Shown here: positions 38,669-49,564 of the stretch, one piece after another
Position numbering within the stretch: position 1 is the first letter of the stretch
How the letters are laid out: every line of letters begins with the position of its first letter
Assembly (NCBI GenBank): GCA_039024555.1
Contig: JBCCQQ010000011.1
Location: 1-64,000, forward strand
Length of the DNA stretch: 64,000 nucleotides
Direction of reading: 5' to 3'
From: Cyanobacteria bacterium P01_D01_bin.156
GTDB lineage: Bacteria; Cyanobacteriota; Cyanobacteriia; Phormidesmidales; Phormidesmidaceae
The notes under the pieces: generated by a model
Database searches by the model: none
Seen by the model: the letters and a program-made list of their open reading frames with translations, nothing else
What the model was told of the DNA's origin: nothing
Made by a program: the position numbers and the translations under genes

Positions 38669-39160
38669 CTACATGTTATGACAGGATTCCTGGCTCTCTT
38701 TCTGATATTCGGCAACCTTGTAAGTGGCTAACGACTGTTGTACCATCCTACGTGTTGTTATCTCTGGAAATATGCGATAACTCGGCGCAATAATTTCCTC
38801 AATCGCGGTTGGCTCAACCTCAATTACGGCAAGAATTCGAAAGGTATCTCCCACTATTTTTGCTAAGGTAACCGATGGCTCTAGATAGCGCTTGTGAGAT
38901 TCTCGAAGCACCATAGCCGTCCCACGAACTTTGTACCCTTTTTGCGTAAACACATCAATGAAACTGAGACAGACGCATGGATTGTTTTCTATATTTTGAA
39001 TAGTTTGAGGTGAGGTAATATGGGCAACAATAATTTTTCCTTTTCCATCATGCGTAAAAGCCTCTTTGGGCGATACGTTTGGGCTCCCATCCGGTGCAAC
39101 AGTTGCAAACCAGCAGAGCACGCTCGATTCTATTGATTGTGCAACTTCTCTGGAAATCAT
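38669..39160 (-). CDS. Pyridoxamine 5'-phosphate oxidase-like FMN-binding protein
   Basis: SVLCWFATV..DGSPNVSPK, TIQNIENNP, QKGYKVRG. Confidence 0.85.
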   Translation of the reverse strand: MISREVAQSIESSVLCWFATVAPDGSPNVSPKEAFTHDGKGKIIVAHITSPQTIQNIENNPCVCLSFIDVFTQKGYKVRGTAMVLRESHKRYLEPSVTLAKIVGDTFRILAVIEVEPTAIEEIIAPSYRIFPEITTRRMVQQSLATYKVAEYQKESQESCHNM

Positions 39161-39288
39161 AATTTCACCAAAACATTAAACCGGCCGACCTGAGCAATCT
39201 TAAAATCAACCTCTAGTTATAGAGCGGCCTTAGATTTTCTTGCTAGGTTGATGCTGAATGTAGCAATCCCTAACTATGGAGTCAACAG

Positions 39289-40245
39289 ATGGTCAGTGTA
39301 GTTAAGTTTGGCAACGGCGATCAAATGCCCATGTTGGGATTGGGTACATGGAAATCTGGCCCTGGTGATGTATATAATGCTGTAAAGCATGCGATCGCAG
39401 CCGGGTATCGCCACATTGACTGTGCCCACATCTATGGCAACGAAGCCGAAATTGGTCGTGCCCTCTCAGAGTCTTTTCAGAGCGGTATGGTCAGTCGAGA
39501 ACAACTGTGGATCACCTCCAAACTGTGGAACGATGCTCATGCACCGGAGGATGTACAACCAGCTCTAGAAGTGACCCTCTCAAATTTGCAACTAGACTAT
39601 CTGGACTTATACCTTATCCATTGGCCTGTCGCTATGAAAAAGGGCAGCTCATTTCCCCTCACACCAGAGAAGTTAATCTCCTTAAATGAACTATCCCTTT
39701 TGGCTACCTGGCAGGCAATGGAACCTCTTGTAGATAAAAGGCTTTGCCATCACATTGGGGTGTCTAATTTTAGCGTTGCAAAATTACAAAATCTGTTAGA
39801 TGACGCCAAAATCAAACCCGAAATGAACCAGATTGAGCTGCATCCTTACCTGCAACAGTCCGCAATGTTGGATTTTTGCAACGCCAACAATATCCATCTG
39901 ACCGCCTATTCTCCGCTGGGATCTTCAGATCGTCCCAGCAGCTTAAAAGCAGAGGATGAGCCAGTTTTACTAGAAGAACCCACTATTGCTGCCATTGCTG
40001 AACGCCATGGGGTAACTTCCGCCCAGGTTCTTTTAAGCTGGGCTATGCAGCGAGGGACTGTAGTGATTCCAAAATCAGTAAATCCGGACCGAATTCGACA
40101 AAATTTAGCGTCAGCTGATGTTGTTTTAACTCCGGAAGACATGCAAACAATTGCCAGCCTCAATTTAGATCGTCGCTATGTTGATGGAGCATTTTGGCAG
40201 GTCGAAGGAGGTCCCTATACGATGGCAAACATTTGGGATTTATAA
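39289..40245 (+). CDS. Aldo/keto reductase
   Basis: GLGTW, GYRHIDCAHIY, TSKLW, DLYLIHWP, IGVSNF, IPKS. Confidence 0.95.
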   Translation: MVSVVKFGNGDQMPMLGLGTWKSGPGDVYNAVKHAIAAGYRHIDCAHIYGNEAEIGRALSESFQSGMVSREQLWITSKLWNDAHAPEDVQPALEVTLSNLQLDYLDLYLIHWPVAMKKGSSFPLTPEKLISLNELSLLATWQAMEPLVDKRLCHHIGVSNFSVAKLQNLLDDAKIKPEMNQIELHPYLQQSAMLDFCNANNIHLTAYSPLGSSDRPSSLKAEDEPVLLEEPTIAAIAERHGVTSAQVLLSWAMQRGTVVIPKSVNPDRIRQNLASADVVLTPEDMQTIASLNLDRRYVDGAFWQVEGGPYTMANIWDL

Positions 40246-40431
40246 TTTTGCGCGTTATCTATCGGCCAAAAGGCGGATTTAATCTAGTGAAAACTAGCAG
40301 CATATTGAACATAGGCTTAAATGGAGTAATGAGAGTAAGCCATCCAAGTTGACGGGAGACGACCCATAAGACAACCGAGACAAATTCAAAATTCAGTAAT
40401 CAGCGGGTTAAGGTTATCTACACCATTACCG

Positions 40432-42282
40432 TTGCGCCTTGTCTTACTCGTACCCATTCTACTGCAGATTGTAATTGCTGTTGTTTTAACAGGATATTTC
40501 TCCTGGCGTAACGGGCAAAAAACAGTCGATGACCTAGCCAGTCATTTGAGTCGGGAAATTACGGCCCATGTAGAAGACCATATCCAGAGCTATACAGAAA
40601 TACCGCCATTGTTAATGCAAATCAACAAGTTAGCTGTTGAGAATGGCAACCTGGATGTGAACAACTACCCGGTGATGACCCAGTACTTCTGGAATCAAAC
40701 TCAGCTATCGCCAGCGGCCCCCTACATGTATTTTGCTAATTCGGCAGGAGATTTTGTTGGCGTTTGGCGCGAAATCGATCAACTGACGACATTACGATTA
40801 AGAACTGAACAAACTGCCCCAAACCGTGAAATCTATCGCCTCGATCGCCAAGGAAATCGTCAAGAACTGCTCAGGCAAGAAACCTTTGACCCAAGAATTC
40901 GTCCCTGGTATCGGGTGGCCCTAGCAAGCCAACAGCCCACTTGGTCAGACATCTACGTCTTCGCCTATCCACCGAGACTGGGCATGACCTATGCTTCTCC
41001 AGTTTACGATGATGCCAATTCCTTACTTGGGGTATTGGCCATTGATTTAACCTTGGCTGATATTAGCAAGTTTCTGCAGCAGCTACATGTAAGCCAAGCC
41101 GGTCAGGTGTTTATCATTGAGCGCTCAGGTAATTTGGTGGCAAGCTCCACCATAGAGCTCCCCTTTGTTCAAGTGGGGAATCAGGAAACTCGCCTGGCCT
41201 CTACAGAAAGTGACAATCCCTTAATTCGTGAGACAACCCAAGCTCTGATTACAAAGCATGGCAATCTAGCTAACCTAACAACAGATAAACAGTTTATTCA
41301 TAGTATTGCAGGGCAACATCAATTTATTCAGGCTGTTCCCTTTAGTCCACAGCCCGGTCTAGATTGGTTAATTGTTGTAGTAATTCCTCGATCAGAGTTT
41401 ACTGACTATATCCAAGCGAACAATTACACCACCTTAACGATTTGTTTTCTCACCCTAGTGATTGCATCAATCTTAGCGATTGTGACAGCCCAATGGATTG
41501 CTCGACCTTTACATTTCCTTAGCAAAATATCTGAGTCATTTGCCCAACGGGCCATTGCTACGGATTTTATGGAGAATAAGACATTTTCTACGCCAGTGTC
41601 ATCTGTTATTCGAGAAGTTCAATTGCTAGCCTTGGCGTTCAATAATATGTCTCAGCAGCTAAGAACCGCTCTGCAAGATCTCGCAAACAATAATGCTGAA
41701 CTTGAACAGCGTATTGCACAACGCACTGAAGAGCTTGAAGCGGCCAATAAAGAGCTACAGCAATATGCCACTATAGATAGCCTGACCCAGGTTGCAAACC
41801 GGCGTCGATTTGATGAATATCTCGACTATGTGTGGCGGTGGTTAATACGCGAGCAACAACCCTTGGCTTTAATTTTTTGTGATGTTGATTATTTCAAGTT
41901 ATATAACGATACCTATGGCCACCCGGTAGGAGACAGCTGTCTGCAACAGATAGCAAAGGCTATGCTGGCCGTGGCTGAACGTCCCACAGATTTAGTAGCA
42001 CGGTATGGAGGTGAAGAATTTGCAATTATTTTGCCCAAAACTCAGTTTGAAGGAGCTGTAAAAGTGGCTGAACAATTACAGCAACATATTCAACAGCTTA
42101 ATATTCCTCACTCAGCTTCTGAGGTTAGTGATCGGGTAACGGTGAGCATTGGCGTTGCCTGGATTTTTCCACACCCCCACCAACTTCCGAAGACGTTAGT
42201 GACCTATGCCGATCAATCGCTGTATGAGGCTAAGGCTCAAGGGCGAGATCAGATTATTAGCGTTTGTGTTGTGTCTGAGTAA
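40432..42282 (+). CDS. dCache-HAMP-GGDEF diguanylate cyclase
   Basis: Two TM helices around a Cache domain (FDPRIRPWY); RPTD I-site; RYGGEEF. Confidence 0.92.
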   Translation: MRLVLLVPILLQIVIAVVLTGYFSWRNGQKTVDDLASHLSREITAHVEDHIQSYTEIPPLLMQINKLAVENGNLDVNNYPVMTQYFWNQTQLSPAAPYMYFANSAGDFVGVWREIDQLTTLRLRTEQTAPNREIYRLDRQGNRQELLRQETFDPRIRPWYRVALASQQPTWSDIYVFAYPPRLGMTYASPVYDDANSLLGVLAIDLTLADISKFLQQLHVSQAGQVFIIERSGNLVASSTIELPFVQVGNQETRLASTESDNPLIRETTQALITKHGNLANLTTDKQFIHSIAGQHQFIQAVPFSPQPGLDWLIVVVIPRSEFTDYIQANNYTTLTICFLTLVIASILAIVTAQWIARPLHFLSKISESFAQRAIATDFMENKTFSTPVSSVIREVQLLALAFNNMSQQLRTALQDLANNNAELEQRIAQRTEELEAANKELQQYATIDSLTQVANRRRFDEYLDYVWRWLIREQQPLALIFCDVDYFKLYNDTYGHPVGDSCLQQIAKAMLAVAERPTDLVARYGGEEFAIILPKTQFEGAVKVAEQLQQHIQQLNIPHSASEVSDRVTVSIGVAWIFPHPHQLPKTLVTYADQSLYEAKAQGRDQIISVCVVSE

Positions 42283-42471
42283 ATACAGGGTTATCGATGT
42301 GGTAAACGCCCATAGGCACACCATAAAGACGTACAGGCAATGACAACAGCGAAGGCTAAACCTGTAGCCATTCATATCCGACCCAATTTCACCATAAACC
42401 TATTCCCGTTTTATAAAAAGCCGTCATTAGAATAACGAAGTAATCTGATATCAACCTGAGAGCGCCTACAT

Positions 42472-45400
42472 TTATGTCGCAACTCCTTCTAATGCTTCAT
42501 CGGCCACATCGTAGAGATTTTGTAGCTTCTCTAGGGTCTCCTCTTCAGCCTGCCACAAACCACGACCATTGGCCTCAATCATCCGCCCAACAATGTTACG
42601 AAAAGCTTCTGGATTAGCCTCCCGCAGACGATTAGCCATAGCCTCATCTAGGGCATAGGTCTCGGCGGCCTGGTCATATACCCAGCTGTCTTTAAATCCG
42701 GTAGTGCCCCCCCAGCCAATCAGGGCCGTCATTCGTTGAGAGATTTCATACGCTCCACCAGAACCCTGGTCTGCCATGGCTTCAGCCCATTTAGGATTGA
42801 GCAACTTAGTGCGGTATTCCATACGCAACACATCCTCCAGTTTGCGGGGTGTTGTATCTTTAGAAAAGCTCTCCACAAAGCTGGCGGTGACCCGTTTACC
42901 CTGACGTTTCTCTGCGGCCTTTTTGAGGGCACCGGTATTGGCGTAATACTCTTGAATATCGGTGAGACCATATTCCACCGAGTCGATTTGCTGCACAATG
43001 CGTCCAGTGCTTTGCAACAGTGTGTTCAATACCTCCGGACGGGCCTGCCCTTTGTCACTACGGCCATAGCTAAAGGCGTTGCGATCGCGCCATGTATCCG
43101 CCAGTTCATCCCCTGTTTCCCAGTTAGAATCCACCACTCGGTCATTGACTAGAGAACCATAGTCCCCAGCCGGGTTAGAGAACAACCGCGCCGATATATT
43201 TTCCACTCCCTGAGCCTTGAGTTCCAGAGCGTGTTTCCGAATAAAATTCTGTTCCGTTGGTTCATCGGCTTCCGCCGCCCGCAGGAACAGATCGTCCAAC
43301 AGCTCAATGATATTTACAAAGCTGTCGCGAAAGATGCCAGAAAGATTGCCCAAAATATCGATTCTGGGATGATGCATCTGTTCCAAAGGTATCAGCTCGT
43401 AGCGCACAATCCTGCCTGTACCTTCCTTGACCGGTTCTGCGCCCACCAGCTCTAGCAAAATTCCTAGGGACTCTCCTTTAGTTTTAATCGCATCTAACCC
43501 CCACAGCATCACCGCCACTGTTTCAGGATAATCCCCTAAATCTTCTAGATTTTGAGCAATGAGCTTACGACCAATGGCGCGCCCCCGTTCATAGGCAGCA
43601 GGGGAGGGCATTCGGTAAGGGTCCAGCGCGTGGATATTACGCCCCGTAGGGAGGGCACCGGGACCATCCCGCAACAGATCGCCACCGGGGGCAGGTGCAA
43701 TATATTCACCATTCAGTCCACGCAATAGATTAGTGAGTTCATCCGTCGTTTGAGTCAGTCCCTGACAGATAATCTGGGCTTCTTCCAGCAAAGCTACGGT
43801 GAGGGGTTCACTGGCTGGGTAGCGCTTGGCCAGGCCTTCAACCTGGGGTTTATCTGGCAAGGTGTCGGTGGCAATTTGTTCTAATAGCTCAGGGTGTAAC
43901 CGCTCACCAAAGTAGGCGGCAAGATAGCTGATAATCTCTTCTGTCGTAGGCTGCTGCCCCAGCACATGGAGACCGCTGGAAAATAGACGATTTTCTAAAA
44001 CCTGTAGATACTCATAAACGGCAACAAAATAACTATCTAATACCGCATTGCTAAACAACTTAGCATTGTCGGATGTGAACTCCAGCCCCTGAGCCTTTAA
44101 CTCCGGTAGCGGGCAGTCTGTGGCTAAGCCCGTGTCAGTGATTTTTGTAAGAATGGTATTCTGCAACACTCGGTTTGCGTGAGGATCTTCTCGAAACTCA
44201 GCGATCAGCTCCCGTAAGGTCATCAGTTCTTTGTAAAGTCCGGCTCGACCGTAGGGGGGAACATTGTGGGAGACCAGCACCCCATAGCCCCGACGCTTTG
44301 CCAGAATTGACTCCGACGGATTGTTAGCGGCATAGGCATACAGATGGGGTAGATTCCCCAATAAAATATCAGACCAGGAATAGCCGGTATTGCCTAGAGG
44401 AGAACCCGGTAGCCACTCCACAGTGCCGTGCATGCCAAAGTGTAATACAGCATCCGCCTGAAAATCTTCCTGCAGCCAGGTGTAGAATGCGGCGTACTGG
44501 GGATGGGGCGTTAAATCCCGCTCAAACATCAGACGCATGGGGTCTCCGGTCAGTCCCAGCGGCGGCTGCACACCAATCCACACGTTACCCAGATGAATTC
44601 CTCCCACATAAAAGTCTTCTCCTACAGTTTTGATACCACTCTGGGTGAGAGACTGCCACTGCTTTTCAATTTTGGAGGTTTTTAGATATCCTAGCCACTT
44701 TTCTAGGGTTCTCACATTAACGGTGGCTGGTACCGACTGTTCGGACAGGCCGTCGCCGTTTGCCTTCCGTTGACCTTTACACACCAGCCACTGATTCTCA
44801 TCATCTGCCGTTTTTACCCAGTCAATGATAGTTTCTCCGTCCTCAGGTAAATCTCCTACCTGGTACCCTTGGTTTTTCAAAGCATGTAAAAGCGATAAAA
44901 GAGATTTGGGTACATTGAGCAATGCCGCTGTGCCAGTGGCTCCGTAGCCGGGTGGAAATCCGTAGAGAATAATGGCTAGCTTGCGATCGCGCCGTTCTTT
45001 TCGTCTCAGCTCAATCCACTTTTTCACCCGTCCGGTCAGTCGACGCACCCGTTCTGGCACCAGATAAATCTTGTCTCCCACCAATCCCCCCAGAGGTATG
45101 GGGTCAATGGCTCCATCCAGTTCTGGCAGAGCATAAAGCACCACACTTTGCAATCCACCCACCCCTTTGCGTGTCCAGGAGTGAATATCTTGAATCAACA
45201 ATGGTGCTGCCACAAAGTAGGGAACATTCTTAGCACCTAAAATCTTTTTAGCTACTGCTACCTGGCGTCCAGCTTCCATGGAACCTGCTGGACCACCTAC
45301 TAGGGGAAACCCAATGGTGGAAACAATAGCATCCACCTGCACCGCTTCTTTGGAAAGAGAAGGGCATTCCACATGGCCCAATGTTCGCTGAGCTTGCTCG

Positions 45401-46281
45401 TAGCCCGTGGTCATCAGGTCCCGTACGGCTACATGACCTTCCACCCCGTTAATGAATATGGGTACCGGAACTAGCCCTGCTACTTCAAAGTAGCGAATCA
45501 GCTGCGGGATATAGGCCTGCTTGGTAATGACATGTTTGCGATAGAGCAAAATGCCTACGCGGGGCTTTTCTTCCTTTACCCCTTCCCCTGTTGTCCTTTC
45601 CCCGTACCATTCAGCATATGCCTTTGGTGACTCAAAATACCCCTCATACTCTGGATGTAACAGTCCAATATTAGGGGTTTCGATTACCGCTGGAATATCT
45701 CCTACGGTCAACCCCAAATACTTTTCTGCCAGTACCCACAGCATGGAGGCAACATTCTCAGTACCGCCTGCATTCCAGTAGCTGTAGATGATTAACCAGT
45801 TGCGCAGATCCTGCACCTTCCGTGCAGGAATATATTTCAGTAGCTTGGGACCAACTTTGAGAAAGCTAAGATATCCAGCCAGTTTGTCTTCTTCTTTACC
45901 ACTGCCAAACTTGCTAAGGATAAATTTGACGGGTTTGGGCATGCCGCCCCCTTGCTTACCTGGCTTTTCGCCGATAACAAATTTGCCCAGCTGGGTGAGG
46001 GCCATTAGCTCCAGGGCTGATTCGAAAACTAGACGAATGGGAATTTGCTGTGCCCGCTCTCGTAGCCAGAGGACTTGGTCATAGTCAAAGATAAGACTGG
46101 CAAAGAAGACATCGGCACTGTCCAAGGCAGCTGCAATGGCATCAGGCTGGGTGGTGAGGTCGCGATCGCAAAATACTCGAATGTCCAAATCGGGACAGCG
46201 CTGCTGGGCCAGATCTGCCGCCTGCTGATACAGCTGTGTATTAAAGGCTTCAAACCCGGCAATTAGAACAATTCGAGGCAT
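42472..46281 (-). CDS. bchH: Magnesium chelatase subunit H (CobN/ChlH family paralogue)
   Basis: GFPLVGGPAG, LPELDG, HFGMHGTVEWLPG, NNPSES..AKRRG, LPTGRNIH, RTKLLNPKW. Confidence 0.92.
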   Translation of the reverse strand: MPRIVLIAGFEAFNTQLYQQAADLAQQRCPDLDIRVFCDRDLTTQPDAIAAALDSADVFFASLIFDYDQVLWLRERAQQIPIRLVFESALELMALTQLGKFVIGEKPGKQGGGMPKPVKFILSKFGSGKEEDKLAGYLSFLKVGPKLLKYIPARKVQDLRNWLIIYSYWNAGGTENVASMLWVLAEKYLGLTVGDIPAVIETPNIGLLHPEYEGYFESPKAYAEWYGERTTGEGVKEEKPRVGILLYRKHVITKQAYIPQLIRYFEVAGLVPVPIFINGVEGHVAVRDLMTTGYEQAQRTLGHVECPSLSKEAVQVDAIVSTIGFPLVGGPAGSMEAGRQVAVAKKILGAKNVPYFVAAPLLIQDIHSWTRKGVGGLQSVVLYALPELDGAIDPIPLGGLVGDKIYLVPERVRRLTGRVKKWIELRRKERRDRKLAIILYGFPPGYGATGTAALLNVPKSLLSLLHALKNQGYQVGDLPEDGETIIDWVKTADDENQWLVCKGQRKANGDGLSEQSVPATVNVRTLEKWLGYLKTSKIEKQWQSLTQSGIKTVGEDFYVGGIHLGNVWIGVQPPLGLTGDPMRLMFERDLTPHPQYAAFYTWLQEDFQADAVLHFGMHGTVEWLPGSPLGNTGYSWSDILLGNLPHLYAYAANNPSESILAKRRGYGVLVSHNVPPYGRAGLYKELMTLRELIAEFREDPHANRVLQNTILTKITDTGLATDCPLPELKAQGLEFTSDNAKLFSNAVLDSYFVAVYEYLQVLENRLFSSGLHVLGQQPTTEEIISYLAAYFGERLHPELLEQIATDTLPDKPQVEGLAKRYPASEPLTVALLEEAQIICQGLTQTTDELTNLLRGLNGEYIAPAPGGDLLRDGPGALPTGRNIHALDPYRMPSPAAYERGRAIGRKLIAQNLEDLGDYPETVAVMLWGLDAIKTKGESLGILLELVGAEPVKEGTGRIVRYELIPLEQMHHPRIDILGNLSGIFRDSFVNIIELLDDLFLRAAEADEPTEQNFIRKHALELKAQGVENISARLFSNPAGDYGSLVNDRVVDSNWETGDELADTWRDRNAFSYGRSDKGQARPEVLNTLLQSTGRIVQQIDSVEYGLTDIQEYYANTGALKKAAEKRQGKRVTASFVESFSKDTTPRKLEDVLRMEYRTKLLNPKWAEAMADQGSGGAYEISQRMTALIGWGGTTGFKDSWVYDQAAETYALDEAMANRLREANPEAFRNIVGRMIEANGRGLWQAEEETLEKLQNLYDVADEALEGVAT

Positions 46282-46435
46282 TCATTAGGACCAGTGGCGG
46301 CCCTTTGATTTTAACGAATTTTAACACTGCGAGCTTAACCCAATAACCATATCTGAAAGGCCGTAAATTACCCTCAGATAACGCCACCACCGATGACACG
46401 ACAGTTAACCTTTAAATTACTGTATTGATCAATGC

Positions 46436-46710
46436 TTAGAATAAGCTCAATACATCAATACCCACTCCTAGAACAACACCAATATCCGTTTCATCATCAA
46501 AGGCTGCATTAACCCGAGCAGTGCCAGTTATCAAATCATTAATAGGCACATCCACACCAGCCATAACCAGTGGACTGATCTCAAAATCATCCACTTCTAC
46601 ACCAATTCCAGCACCAACAAAGGGAACTAAGGTAACTTGCTCACCAATGCCCACCTGTGAAAAGCTATTAGTTAATGCAAACGATGCAAAACTATCACCC
46701 CCAAGACTGA
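46436..46710 (-). pseudogene. 3' remnant of an outer-membrane beta-barrel protein
   Basis: PFVGAGIG, PLVMAGVDVP, IGVVLGVG amphipathic strands; no signal peptide or N-terminal half; abuts the upstream CDS. Confidence 0.55.
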
Positions 46711-46743
46711 AGCAGAAGGGATAGCTACCAGTAACATTAGTAG

Positions 46744-48516
46744 CTATATGTTGGCATCATTATCAGCAACAATTGCAAGTACAACTTTATTGCGTCCTGT
46801 TCGTTTCGCTTGATAGAGTGCTTGATCAGCTCTGATTAAGGTTTCGGTTAGGGACTGTGGTGTATTTGCCAAGCGCACAGCCACCCCGCAGCTAATACTG
46901 ACATAGGCGCTGACTTTGGAGGCAGCATGAGGAATTCGACAGTTTTGAATTCCCTCTCGCATACGTTCGGCAATTTCATACGCCTTACTGCTAGAAACAG
47001 ATTGTAGAATGATGGCAAATTCTTCTCCACCATAGCGAGCCACCAGATCGTGACCATGTACCGATTGCTGAATTGCTCTGGCTACTCTTTGCAAACAGCT
47101 ATCTCCCACGGGATGCCCGTAAAAGTCATTAAATCCTTTAAAGAAATCAATATCACATAGAATAATCGCTAAATCCTTTGACTGCTGCTGAGCCTCTACC
47201 ATGTGCTGATTAAAAGACCGACGGTTTAATACATTGGTTAAATCATCTACATAAGCTTCTTTGAGTAGTTTTAGATTATTGGTAGTCAACCCCACCGTCA
47301 CAGATGTAATCAAACCCAGTAGCGCTGGTATAGTTGGCACCCACCAACCATTCAGAAACCAGATACCATTAATGACAACTAAGCTAAGGCTAAGTCCTAG
47401 AACTGGGATTATTAATGCTAACAAGGCATTGAACCCTCTGAGTTTTTGCCAACGGGACATTAAGATTAGCCTGCTACCGAGACTACACCAAAGAAAAGCC
47501 CACCCCCATTCCATTATTGTTATCCATGTTCGAATAAGAGAACGACCCTCCAAAACAGTACTAACAATTTGGCTAGCAATATGAGCATGAATAGCAACGC
47601 CAGGACTCTGGGTGGTATTTGTGAGATGACTTCTGCTGTAAGGGGTATATACAAAGTCGTTGAGACTAGGAGCAATGGAACCTATGAGTACAATGCGATC
47701 TCGGATTAAGTGAACGGGAACCCGATCTTCTAAAACATCAATAATAGAAACTGTGTCAAACCGACTCTCCGCTCCCCTAAAGTTGAGCAGTATCTGATAG
47801 CCTCGAACATCAGCACGAATATATCCCCCATCATTCATCTGCAGCCTTGGAAATAACGTATCTCCTAGACGGGTTAACTGTTTGCTTGGTAAACTCTCCG
47901 GTGAAATTCCTTGGGATTCTAAATAATGCAACGCAACAGCAGAGCCCAATGACTGTCGAACTTTACCCTCATCACTAATGGATAATAGTGCTCGCCGCAC
48001 CTTACCATCATCATCCATTACAAGATCGGCCATAGCTACTTGCCCTTGTTTTGCCAATATAGGCGGTGGCGGTACAGGAGTTCCTCCAATTTTCTCCACA
48101 CCGTACAAGTGAGGCATGGTTCTAAACAGCGTTTCTAACGTAGACGTGCCTGGTGGGATAGGAAAATCACGGTAAAGATCTAAACCAATTACTGTAGGAC
48201 GATACTGATCAATCTGAGCTAAGGCATCAGCCAATAGATAATCTGAGAGGGGCCATTGGCGAAGCTGTGACAAATCTGGCTCATCGATAGTAACAATCAG
48301 TAGGCGAGGCTCAACACTCTCCTCAGGACGTAGACGAAAGTATTGATCAAAAATTAGCCATTCAAGAACCTGAAAACAGCCTGTTGAGTTCAGTAACAGT
48401 AAACAGATAGTAACAACAAATGAAATAATTAACGATACAACCTGAGGCGATAGAGACGTCTGTCTTCGCGATTGCCATTGCGAAAAGAGTAGTAAATCGC
48501 TAAACCGGATGGCCAT
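46744..48516 (-). CDS. CHASE2-GGDEF diguanylate cyclase
   Basis: LIVTIDE, QWPLSD, IGLDLYRD, DDDGKVRR, PGVAIHA, TM helices, RYGGEEF. Confidence 0.93.
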   Translation of the reverse strand: MAIRFSDLLLFSQWQSRRQTSLSPQVVSLIISFVVTICLLLLNSTGCFQVLEWLIFDQYFRLRPEESVEPRLLIVTIDEPDLSQLRQWPLSDYLLADALAQIDQYRPTVIGLDLYRDFPIPPGTSTLETLFRTMPHLYGVEKIGGTPVPPPPILAKQGQVAMADLVMDDDGKVRRALLSISDEGKVRQSLGSAVALHYLESQGISPESLPSKQLTRLGDTLFPRLQMNDGGYIRADVRGYQILLNFRGAESRFDTVSIIDVLEDRVPVHLIRDRIVLIGSIAPSLNDFVYTPYSRSHLTNTTQSPGVAIHAHIASQIVSTVLEGRSLIRTWITIMEWGWAFLWCSLGSRLILMSRWQKLRGFNALLALIIPVLGLSLSLVVINGIWFLNGWWVPTIPALLGLITSVTVGLTTNNLKLLKEAYVDDLTNVLNRRSFNQHMVEAQQQSKDLAIILCDIDFFKGFNDFYGHPVGDSCLQRVARAIQQSVHGHDLVARYGGEEFAIILQSVSSSKAYEIAERMREGIQNCRIPHAASKVSAYVSISCGVAVRLANTPQSLTETLIRADQALYQAKRTGRNKVVLAIVADNDANI

Positions 48517-48721
48517 AGCACATCGTCCTAATTACCTGAGTTATCAACAGATACTAAAAGATTCCCTAATTTTTTCTTAACCACGATGTAACTAATTTGG
48601 GCTACGACAACGAAAATCAAACGATGTAAGTCCAGTCAATAATTGTTGCTACCTAGAAAAGATGAGGAGTTCAAAAAGCAACATCATCCCAAAATTTTCA
48701 TCATAAACAAGTCAACATATT

Positions 48722-49492
48722 TTAAGGAAGACTGCACAGAGAATCTCTACAGTCACTGACTGGAGCAGCATTTAAGGTCAAATCAAACTGTGTTAGCTCT
48801 CCAATAGCAAGCAGCATATTCCAAGCTGCATTGACACTCCCAAAAGTAGGATCATCACGTAATGTTTGTTCTAAGAGCACTAATGTGTCATACCAAATAC
48901 CAGACTCTGCGTACATCATCGCTTCTTCAAAAGCAGATCTAAAGGAGTTAGTACTCTGAAATGGGAGATTTGAAATCCGTTTTACATAGCCAACTAAAGC
49001 TGGATCATCAGGACGCAAAATATCTGCGCAGACAGGCACAACAGTGATCTTATAAATGATATTCGGAGTAAGACTAGATGCATCTTCAGGAAAGATTATT
49101 CTGATGAGTCCTGTATCTGTCGGCAATGATTGATATCCAGAATATGCAACCTCTCCCCGCTCGTTCTCAATATTAACAAAAACCTTTTGCGCCAACGTAG
49201 CCTCAGCATAAAGAAAGAAAGCAGGCTGGGCTGAGATTGTGTGCCCCATAAAAGAATTAGGAGCTAGTAAGGTAATATTTGATGCTTTAGTTGCTGTTTC
49301 TTGATGACGACAACGATCAGGGTTACGAGATGCACCACCTGTAGTGTTATCTGGAATACCATCCTTAGGAGGATTAAAATGGAAACTTTCTATATCGGTT
49401 GGCAACTCCGCTGCGTAAATCGCTGAGGCATTTAACGTACCTCCTATATAAACAAGGCTAGACAATAAAACAAGTGCGATAGATCGAATCAT
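48722..49492 (-). CDS. DUF928 family secreted protein
   Basis: FNPP, TTGGASR..C, TISAQPAFFLY, YAESGIWYD, WNMLL. Confidence 0.88.
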   Translation of the reverse strand: MIRSIALVLLSSLVYIGGTLNASAIYAAELPTDIESFHFNPPKDGIPDNTTGGASRNPDRCRHQETATKASNITLLAPNSFMGHTISAQPAFFLYAEATLAQKVFVNIENERGEVAYSGYQSLPTDTGLIRIIFPEDASSLTPNIIYKITVVPVCADILRPDDPALVGYVKRISNLPFQSTNSFRSAFEEAMMYAESGIWYDTLVLLEQTLRDDPTFGSVNAAWNMLLAIGELTQFDLTLNAAPVSDCRDSLCSLP

Positions 49493-49564
49493 CGTAGAGT
49501 TTCTGGAACATACAAGTCATATAGTACAGCTAGCTAAATTACCCAGAAATCTTTTTGCAGATCA

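Noticed and set aside
38640..38690. Integron attC site at the end of the PNPOx-like gene (CATAAC)
   Set aside because: No complementary GTTRRRY core at a suitable distance; only a short hairpin
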